A stretch of 64,000 nt of DNA from Tubiluchus corallicola (Eukaryota; Animalia; Priapulida), in the NCBI GenBank assembly GCA_030141605.1, contig JAQGDQ010000275.1, positions 124,001-188,000 of the forward strand, given 5' to 3'. This document shows positions 53,401-64,000 of the stretch, one piece after another; the stretch's first letter is position 1; every line of letters begins with the position of its first letter. The position numbers and the translations under genes are program-made. The notes below the pieces were generated by a model. The model was not told the origin of the DNA, did no database searches, and saw nothing but the letters and a program-made list of their open reading frames with translations.

Positions 53401-54597
53401 AGTACAGTATATAGTGTAGTGTAGTGTAGTGTAGTGTAGTGTAGTGTAGTGTAGTGTAGTGTAGTGTAGTGTAGTGTAGTGTAGTGTAGTGTAGTGTAGT
53501 GTAGTGTAGTCTAGTCTAGTCTAGTCTAGTGTAGTCTAGTCTAGTCTAGTCTAGTCTAGTCTAGTCTAGTCTAGTCTAGTCTAGTCTAGTCTAGTATAGT
53601 ATAGTCTAGTATAGTATAGTATAGTATAGTATAGTATAGTATAGTATAGTATAGTATAGTATAGTATAGTATAGTATAGTATAGTATAGTACAGTACAGT
53701 ACAGTACAGTACAGTACAGTACAGTACAGTACAGTACAGTACAGTACAGTACAGTACAGTACAGTACAGTACAGTACAGTACAGTACAGTACAGTACAGT
53801 ACAGTACAGAACAGTACAGTACAGTACAGTACAGTACAGTACAGTACAGTACAGTACAGTACAGTACAGTACAGTACAGTACAGTACAGTACAGTACAGT
53901 ACAGTACAGTACAGTACAGTACAGTACAGTACAGTACAGTACAGTACAGTACAGTACAGTACAGTACAGTATAGTATAGTATAACATAGTATAGCATAAT
54001 ATAGCATAGCATAGTATAGCATAGAATAGTATAGTATAGTATAGCATAGTGTAGTGCAGTGTAGTATAATGTAGTGTAGTGTAGTGTAGTATAGTGTAGT
54101 GTAGTGTAGTGTAGTGTAGTGTAGTGTAGTGTAGTGTAGTGTAGTGTAGTGTAGTGTAGTGTAGTGTAGTGTAGTGTTGTGTAGTGTAGTGTAGTGTAGT
54201 GTAGTGTAGTGTAGTGTAGTGTAGTGTAGTGTAGTGTAGTGTAGTGTAGTGTAGTGTAGTGTAGTGTAGTGTAGTGTAGTGTAGTGTAGTGTAGTACAGT
54301 ACAGTACAGTAAAGTAAAGTAAAGTAAAGTAAAGTATAGTATAGTATAGTATAGTATAGTATAGTATAGTATAGCATAGCATAGCATAGCATAGCATAGC
54401 ATAGCAGAGCAGAGCAGAGCAGAGCAGAGCAGAGCAGAGCAGAGCAGAGCAGAGTAGAGTAGAGTAGAGTAGAGGAGAGGAGAGGAGAGAGGAGAGGAGA
54501 GGAGAGGAGAGGAGAGGAGAGTAGAGTAGAGTAGAGTAGAGCAGAGCAGAGCAGAGTAGAGTAGAGCACAGCAGAGCAGGAGTGTAGTGTAGTGTAG
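53400..54597. repeat. 1.2-kb compound pentanucleotide satellite (NNAGN)
   Basis: Blocks of GTAGT, CTAGT, ATAGT, ACAGT, AAAGT, ATAGC, AGAGC, AGAGT and AGAGG. Confidence 0.98.
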
Positions 54598-55099
54598 TTA
54601 GTTTTTTGTAGTGTTACCTTTCATTTTACAACAATTTAAAACACAAATGTACGCACACTTACAGTAAAATAAAAGTCACTCGATCGACAGAGTTACGAGA
54701 CACCTTAAAAATCATTAAAAGCAATCATTTTACATATAATTTAAAACAGTCATTAAACAAACATTAAAACACATCATTACACTAGTTAAAAAATTTTCTT
54801 TTTTCCAGCACTAGGTGGCAGGTTCTGGCGCATTCTTTTAAACAAATATCACCTGACAGTATCTGACATAATTTATCATTATCGTTGAAAAAATTATCAA
54901 ATAGGTGTGCTATATAATATGATATTATTTGTACGCCATTATGATGTTTGTAATGCAGAAATCCAGGTTCCACGTTTTATTACGATTGTGTGCCATGGAA
55001 GACATGAACGAGCTAAATCCTCCAGCAGGTCACTTCTTTTCATCCATCCAGTAGTAGTACATAATACTAAATTAAAATGAAAACGTTGTAAACACACAA

Positions 55100-55580
55100 A
55101 GTATTTAAAGCACAAGGAAACCGTCCACTTGCACAAAGCTTAAAAATTCGTCGTGAAATTTTAAACCTCTTACGTACCGCCTTTTTGCATATAAGACTCG
55201 TGTCGGCAGAAACGCTGCATAAAAACGTGTAAATTTAAACTCCCACGATGACCGTTAGGCGCAGCCATTTTGACGAGTAATTTGAAACAAGTTTTGATAA
55301 CATTGCGTAAAGTTTGAAAAAAAAATCAGAGCATTCGTAGCACACATATCACTAACTGAGTAAAATTTTAAATTACTGTAATTTAAATTAATTTAAGTTA
55401 AAAACAAGTTTTTTGGTTACTGAGTGGTGCACCCTGGAGTGTGCGTCAGCGACATTTTACCAATTGGTGAAAGCATTTTAAATAATTAATAATTTTCATT
55501 TCTAGTTACACGAGTCTTTCAAACAGGTAAGCGAAATGCTAAGTAACATAACTTTGCATGGAAAGTGTTTTAGGACATAG
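55100..55580 (+). repeat. Unclassified dispersed repeat D, copy 1
   Basis: Colinear with 63070-63545 (TAAACTCCC.C.ATGACC, GATAACATTGCGTAAAGTTT, AGTCTTTCAAAC, AATGCTAAGTAA.ATAACTT). Boundaries are approximate. Confidence 0.7.
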
Positions 55581-56325
55581 TTTAACATTTCCTTTTCTTT
55601 CCCTGATTTACGTTGCTCGTGTGTTACATCATGTAATGGCGCGGCCGGAACAGTACCATGGTATTGCGGGGAATTTAAAATGGAAACAAAAACAAAAAAT
55701 CCTTTTAACACAAGTACGATATACGCACAAAACTGCTATAAAGTAATATAGTTTTTAAGGCGATTTTTTTGAAACCTACTTCAGGTACTCCTTTTCTTGT
55801 CCTTTAAGACAATTTACAAAAACTATCTACAAATAACCACACTTCTATGGCATTGTTTCTTTAGGAACACCCTGTACCCTCACACAGTTGGAACTGTTTT
55901 GACCGTAGCGTTTCCAAATCTTCAAGATCGCTATTTTTACGACTTTTACCTTCTATATCCTCAAACTCTATTCCTACTGACTATCTTGTTCTGGAGAATT
56001 TTGATTTTGCCTCTGTCAGAAACTGTAGCGTTTGATTTCTTGGAAACAGCATTCTCGTCGCTAATGCCGCTGCCGTGCATAATGCACCAGACAGTTATAA
56101 TAAACGATTCAAGATTTTTATACCATCAAAAAGCAGTAAAACGAGTATTTCGCTGATCCCATGAAATCGATTCGGAAGACCTGAACTCATTATTTAGCAA
56201 TTCTGATTCTCGTATCTGGATATAATAAGCAGAAGTGGTTCAAAATTTCGTACGCGATCGCGCGTTGTTGAAAAAGAAAAACAAGAGACCATTGAAGTAA
56301 CTGGGTGGAATGCGTACGAGAAACA

Positions 56326-57586
<1,261 letters not shown>

Positions 57587-57635
57587 GGAAGCGTACCTGC
57601 TTGGAGCTACAATGAACACTTCAAGTAACTAGTAA

Positions 57636-57857
57636 GTGTATTCAGACCAGTGAGCCAAAGTTGCAAAACTTGCTGCGAGTTACTCTCAAACAGTAACCGC
57701 AGACTGACACTCGCCGAGGCGCTTCACTAGACATTCAATCAACTAACTCACAACAACAGTTGGAGAGTTTGCAATTTTTACCAACAATAACACGCGAATC
57801 AGTTTAGAACTGCGAGTTTGCTGTCAGAGAAAACTCGACAGTCTAAACGTGCCGTAA
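57636..57857 (+). mobile_element. MITE family C, copy 2
   Basis: GTGTATTCAGACCAG...GAGAAAACTCGACAGTCTAAACGTGCCGTAA. Confidence 0.7.
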
Positions 57858-58481
57858 TGTACATTATTTAATCATTCAACATTCTCATATAGTGACCAAC
57901 AATTACTGAAGAATCATCATGACAAACATCCTTTAAATGATTAAACTGTAACTGTTTTACTAACTTGAATACAAAACCATAAAAAAACATGGCGCCATCT
58001 GTGGACAGATTTGCAACAACAGCAAGAGATGTTTCCACCTTTAACCCACCGTAGGCTGAGCTTGATGCCTAAGCGATAGCATAGACGTGACTGCGGTATG
58101 TAAAGCGACCAGAGTTTAACTTTTAGCGTTTTGCAATTTTTTGCAATTGAGGATGGTAAATGGAGTGCAGCGTGGCATATCTTGCTCATAAGACACAATG
58201 AAGCTGAAGTAAATCAGCGTTGAGCTGCCAATAGGATATTAAACGCTCATAAACTGTCAAGTATCTTGACACGAGAGTCATTGAAAGAGAGCATAGGATG
58301 CATACTAATAAGTACCAGTCGATAACGAGGGGCAGTTTTATAGTGGGAGCTGGTGAGGGGATGAACTAAGTGCTAACTGTTGAACAGCACGGGGCTTACA
58401 CGGTCCATGTTGTGAATAGCGGGAAATTAGTCCAAATGCACAACTATGACTATAATATGATAACCAAAAGTTTACATTTCA

Positions 58482-59092
58482 TTAAAGGAAGACAGGATAA
58501 TTTTTCATATACTAACCCATTTTTAAGTCCGAAAGAGTTTACATTTTAACACAATTAATACTGCAAAAGCGTTTCTGATAATTAAATAATAGACTAAAAA
58601 TTTAATTAACGGCGGGCGAACCTAACTATTAATGACATCACAAACAAACATAATTTTCAACAGCAAAAATAAACTACAAGGGTGTTGCACGTGTTTGCGA
58701 AAGCGAAAATTGAAATACAGTGCTACTATAAGTTATTCAGTGTGTTGAATACTAAAACTAGGCAAATTTTAAGATAAAAATTCAAATTTCAAATTTACCG
58801 CTGTCATCACACATGAGCTGTCGAACGTGTGTAGTTTGTCACAAACTAACACACCTAAACTGAGAGGTACAGCACCTGTTTTTTTGTGCAATGCGTTTCC
58901 GAAATGTAACAAGTGAATAGCGAAATGCATGTGACAGCGAGGAACAAGTGGCGCAAACGTGAAATTGTGTTTGTGTGGTAGTAATATTTCTTTCACGTAA
59001 GTCATTTCTGAAAAAGTAGTATGTTTCCTTTCAATATTTTAGAGTAGATTGCTTTGACCTACAGTTTAAGATTGGGTCCGGTTTTCCTTTAA
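58482..59092 (+). mobile_element. MITE family A, copy 6
   Basis: TTAAAGGAAGACAGG...GGGTCCGGTTTTCCTTTAA; the best TIR match among the copies. Confidence 0.9.
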
Positions 59093-59715
59093 GAACTCTT
59101 GCTATCTTGTGCGTACGCAGTCGCAGTGATAACTCAAGAAGGAACTGTTTGGCATTCTGATCAAAGCATTGTATTTGTAATCCTAAAACCCCTTGTTCAA
59201 ATAAGTTCAAATATTTACAGGTTTTACTGTGAAACCTGTAGATGTTCACATTGTGCGTATAGTCTTGTCAACCTAAATAACGGATAACTACATGATTCTG
59301 ACTTGATTGCAGTCACAATTTTCACTTCCTAGTCGTTACATTTTATTTAATTGTATATTTTAAAGTGTAATTGTATGTGAACTTCATATGATTTTGCTTT
59401 GTATGTATAGTAGCTTCAGCTAATTTCTCTGTTTTAAACATCGACGATAAATAAAGTGTCTTATCTTATCTTAAATTTATGCCGAGTCCCAACTTTTCCA
59501 TATTTTCTCTTATTCTGAAGTCGAATTTTTCGCTCAAAAAGTTAACACTAACACTTTAGCTAATTCTACCAATACATGACGATCTTGAAAACATTGAAAT
59601 TAATAACCATTTAAATAATCAATAATGTTTAATCGTTATTTTAAACTAAGTAATAATCGAATATCGAATCATGTAATCGAATATAAAATAATTCGGTTAA
59701 GTTTTGATTCAAAAT

Positions 59716-60050
59716 TTAAGGCAAAACCGGACATGCACAAAAACAGGTGCTGTACCTCTCAGTTCATGTCTTAGTTTGTGACGAATTGCACACATTCGAC
59801 AACTCATGCGTGAGCACAGCGATAAATTTGAAATTTGAATTTTTATCTTAAACCTTGCCTAGTTTTAATACAACCTACACTGAATATCTTACATTAGCGC
59901 TGTACTTCAACTTTCTCTTTCGCAAACACGTGCAAAACGCTCGTGGAATATTTTTGCTGTTGAAAATAATGTTAGTTTGTGATGCCATCAATAACTGGGC
60001 TCGCTCACCTTTAATTAAAATTTTTAATTTATTGTTTAATCATCAGAAAA
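59716..60050 (-). mobile_element. MITE family A, deleted/truncated inverted copy 7
   Basis: TTAAGGCAAAACCGGAC (reverse complement of the 3' end) joined to AAAAACAGGTGCTGTACCTCTCAGTTCA and onward internal sequence; the other end is missing. Confidence 0.8.
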
Positions 60051-60227
60051 GTATTAGTAAGCGTATATGCTTCAATAGTGTGATACTTTGACAAAGCATC
60101 ATCCTATTGAAAGATATACGCTTACTAAAGACACAACCCCAGTAACACAGTAATTCCTGCACAAAGTTACAGCCCAGGAAGAGTGACGCTGAACTTCAAC
60201 GAAATGGAGGAAAGCTGAAAAAAATCT

Positions 60228-60296
60228 GAGTTGGTCTGGATTTGAACCGGAGACCCGTGGGCTTATAACACAAATGCTGTGACCACTAGTTCACGT
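60228..60296 (-). mobile_element. tRNA-derived SINE head / tRNA pseudogene
   Basis: Minus strand has an A-box-like CTAGTGGT and a B box GGTTCAAATCC (60238-60248) at tRNA-like spacing; no convincing cloverleaf. Confidence 0.55.
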
Positions 60297-60596
60297 AACT
60301 CTTGTAAGTCATGCTGAATTTAAATCAATCCCAATAGCTTACAAAGTAATTCGGTATTTTCAAGTGTTAATCTAGTCACACTAGTGGACTAACTAATTAG
60401 AATATTGTTTAGTAAATAATTTAGAGAGACTATGTTAACGTAAACCAAATTAATTATTTATAAATAATCTTATTTTAAAGATTTCCGACGGAAATAATAT
60501 TATAATGCGTTTGTTTTCTGCAAACGACAAGTTTTACACTTAAAGCATTTTATGCCTTTTCGATTTCTACACAAAAGCCATAACTGATAAGCATAG

Positions 60597-60794
60597 TGAT
60601 GATGATCATGATGATAATAATAATATGATAATAATAATGATGATGATGATGATGATAATAATAATATTAATAATAATAATAATAATAAGATGATGATCAT
60701 GATGATAATAATAATATCATGATGATAATAATAATAATAACAATAATAATAATAATAATAATCATTGTAACAACAACAACAACAACAACAACAA
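60597..60794. repeat. (GAT/AAT/AAC)n microsatellite
   Basis: Direct reading. Confidence 0.95.
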
Positions 60795-61009
60795 TCTTTA
60801 TTTAAAGTTGACTTTAAATTCAACACAAGCTGCCAACTGTAAATAACAAATCTAAAATACATAACAGAGATTATTATACCCTATATTTACCCTAAATACC
60901 ACGCGCCAGACAGGGCAACAGCACGTACAATTTTCAAAGTCTCTGGTATCGTAGTATAGAACTCATGACCACCCAGAGCAAAACGGATACATTACCACTA
61001 GACTATACC
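60770..61009 (-). mobile_element. tRNA-headed SINE-like remnant with (GTT)n tail
   Basis: Minus strand: GGTATAGTCTAGTGGTAA...GAGTTCTATAC head, then AGAGACTTTGAAAATTGTACGTGCTGTTGCCCTGTCTGGCGC (resembles a conserved SINE central domain, possibly Meta), ending AATAAAGATTGTTGTTG. Confidence 0.5.
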
Positions 61010-61937
61010 GTCTGGTATATAATCTATTGAGACATAAATTGACATCTATCGACGAAAATCGCAATACTTTTACAAGCAAATGAACTTTTAACTCATTCGC
61101 GCACCCCTGTAGGAACCCTTAGTCTCGTCTCTGGGGAGATTTGAACGCCATTACTGTTGTTCAACTAACGTGTCAATTCTAAACTGTCTTTGCTAACCTT
61201 GCAACTAATTTTGATTAAGCGAGCAGACGTGAATGAACTCAAGAATTTTTACGAGTTGTGGATATACAGAGAAGTGAGGTTTTCTCAAAGTGCCGTTAAG
61301 AAAACTCTCATCTCTAGTCTTAATACTTAGCGTCAAGGAGTGTTAATAGCGTTAGAACAAGGAAAGAACATGTCAGTCACGAAAGAGCTTTATCAAGTAA
61401 AACTTGGAAAAATATAGCAAAGAAATTTGCAATGAACTGCCTATAAAGCATAAATTTAAAATATACTACTTCTAAATAGAAATTTCCAGGCGTGGTGGTG
61501 GCCGCCATTCACCTAAAAATCATGACGTAACTGGAAGACTTCGTGATTTTTCGTAAACGCGCGCTGCTTAAATTAATTCAAACTTCCGCAAAAATATTAC
61601 GAAATTGGCTATCTATTTTTTTGTAAAAATTTATTATACTTTTGCTGAGGATGACAATACGCTACTTTTCTTCAAGAATGACGTCATTGGAAGAAGAAAG
61701 AGCATTCAAAATGAGAGGGTCCAAGCATTAAGTGATCCAGACTTTAAATTGATTCTACTAATTACATGAGTAATTATATTCTTGCGTTTTTATTACTAAA
61801 TCCTTAAACCTCCTAGAAGACTTGACCTTTCCTTTAATGAGGGTTAAGCGAAGGGACACAGCGGGTTTTTAAAAATTAAGAAAAGGCGTCAAGGATACTT
61901 TTTTAGTCTCTCAAAAAAATCTAAAGGCCTCTTAAGG

Positions 61938-62213
61938 TAATGGCGCGTTCAGACTAGCGAGTTTTCTCGCCAAGTAACTCGCAAAGTAGAGAGTAAAGCT
62001 CGCCGCAGTTACTCTTTGACAGTAAGCACGAGCTAATACTCCATTCACTATTCACTGGTAGAAGTGTTGAGAGTAACTCGTCGAGGCGTTCACACTAGGC
62101 AGTAACATGCAGCAACTATTGGAAAGTTTGCAATTTCTTGTTGACAGTAACTCGCAAAACTCATACTTTCGCGTTTGATGCCGGAGAGAAAACTCGCGAT
62201 GGAGAACGCGTTA
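61938..62213 (+). mobile_element. MITE family C, copy 3
   Basis: TAATGGCGCGTTCAGACTAGCGAGTTTTCTC...GAGAAAACTCGCGATGGAGAACGCGTTA; clear terminal inverted repeat. Confidence 0.75.
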
Positions 62214-63069
62214 CACTGAAGGTGCCATAAGACACTACAGTGAAAATATGAATATACATGCCCAGAGAATTGAAACTCAACTAACTAATTTACTACTAAT
62301 GGAAGATATCTGCCTTTTTCTTGAATGAAACGAGGCTCTAATTTTCAAATAAAAAATTTCCATGTAGAGAATTCCGAAGACAATAAGCCCGAGGAAAAAA
62401 TGAATTTAGAAGTAGCTGTTTTATATCTAAGATTTTTCCAAATAAGCCTAGAAAAACTACTGCTACAAATAGGGAACAATACTAGAGGATAAAGAATGTA
62501 TGACAAAGCAAAATGTGTTAGAAACTACTATTTTGAAGAATTTTCTCTTCAAATAAATGTAACGTATTCTCACTAGTACACAGACATGAAATAACATCGT
62601 TTCCCTTGTTATTTAAATATAACATACTTTAAATTCGTCTTGCTTACTTATTCTTTCTTTACATTTTCCAACTTTTGAAAGGTCTTGAAGACACAGCGGT
62701 CATATTGACTGACCAGTGGTTACCCAAACGACGTTTGTAAAAACTGCGACACACTGAGGACATGAGTGCCTACATAGGGCTCACCATAGGGCTTAGCTTT
62801 GATAATGAAATGGATTCCTTCCCGTCATGCTTTGAATAGATCTTGAGGCTGAATGCTAGACTTTGGCTAGCAGTGCGCTGAAGCACGTTGAAAAACAAAT
62901 TACGATGTACGATAAAACAACACATCCTTGTCAAAACTTTTTATTTTACGTAGTGAAAAATTACATAGTAAAAAGCTCTAATAAAGTTGTGTTGTTTCAA
63001 CTGCAAATGTTTTTAAATGTCTGTAATAAAAAAATTGCGACGTCTATTTATCTTTACCTTCAATGTTTT

Positions 63070-63545
63070 CTTAAACACAAGAAAACGCTCTTCATAAATA
63101 AGGTTTAAAAAGTTCGTCTTGAAACTTTATATCACTCACATGCTGTCTTATTGCAAACAGAGCTTGAATTAGTAGCAACGCTGTATAACACATGCATGTT
63201 TAAACTCCCGCAATGACCTTTGGGTGCAGCTGATTTAACGGCAGGTCATTTGAAATACGTTTAGATAACATTGCGTAAAGTTTAAAAAAATAACCATAGC
63301 ATTTATAGCACATTCTTCGCTAATTAAGCAAAAGTTTAAATTAATTTATATTGTCAATATGATTAATAACGTGTTTTTTTAATGAACAAGTGGCTGAACA
63401 CTGGGATGATTATGCAGTGCCGTTTTTCCAGAGAGACCAATATTTTAAACTATTAAGAATTTTATTTTGAAATTGAGAAAGTCTTTCAAACGGCTAAACA
63501 TAATGCTAAGTAATATAACTTGGTATGGACAGTTCTTTGGGATAT
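63070..63545 (+). repeat. Unclassified dispersed repeat D, copy 2
   Basis: Direct-orientation diverged copy of 55100-55580. Confidence 0.7.
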
Positions 63546-64000
63546 ACGTTAAAATCCCATTTTCATGCGCTTTAAAATAAACAGTTTAAGACAGATTCGT
63601 GAAAGGCAGCACCTGTCAAAAGCACAAGTTTTGCTAAGTTGACGAACGAGTGAACATATTACATATAAACACAAATTATTGTACTGTTCGAACGTTTAAT
63701 TGTAACGTGAGATGATTTTATGTTTCTGTCAAGATACGCGTGTCTATTACGTCAATGATATGTATTATTTTATGAGAGTTGTATTTGTAAAAGTGTGCTT
63801 TAGTTTTTTTAGATAGGCGTATTTATTTTGCTGTAGTTTGTATCATTTTTTAATTTATTACTTGTGTCTTTTTATGCACTCCTACGGCACTCTTAGTTTT
63901 AATTATTTGCACCAGACGCATTTGCCTATTAGCGATGTAGCCCGGGCAATCACTGAATGATATTTCACATTGTATAATGTATGATGTCATTATTTTATGG

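Noticed and set aside
53581-54569. 263-327-aa ORFs (YTILY/CTVLY/HYTTL)
   Set aside because: Pentamer satellite read in several frames.

Overview
Animal (invertebrate, plausibly lophotrochozoan; species not determinable from sequence) genomic DNA that is AT-rich and very rich in microsatellites. The one well-supported protein-coding gene is a vesicular GABA/glycine transporter (VGAT/VIAAT, SLC32A1/unc-47 family) on the + strand. It has two coding exons, 9233-9505 and 43121-44302 (484 aa), joined in phase 0 across a 33,615-bp GT-AG intron. The rest is repeat. There are seven copies of a TTAA-flanked Kolobok/T2-like MITE, two PIF/Harbinger-type families, 3' remnants of non-LTR retrotransposons (CR1-like and RTE-X-like), tRNA- and 5S-derived SINE-like fragments, and a hammerhead-ribozyme-like motif in Penelope-like context. 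Several minisatellites and many microsatellites are also present. Almost all other ORFs in the track are repeat artefacts, and no new protein-coding system is evident. The most intriguing, still speculative, signal is at RNA level in the giant VGAT intron. It carries a sense-strand array of about 59 ACUAAC (branch-point/STAR-protein) motifs, an array of 5' splice-site-like hexamers, a candidate 63-nt poison exon, and three alternating-orientation MITE copies that could pair in mutually exclusive ways around these elements.
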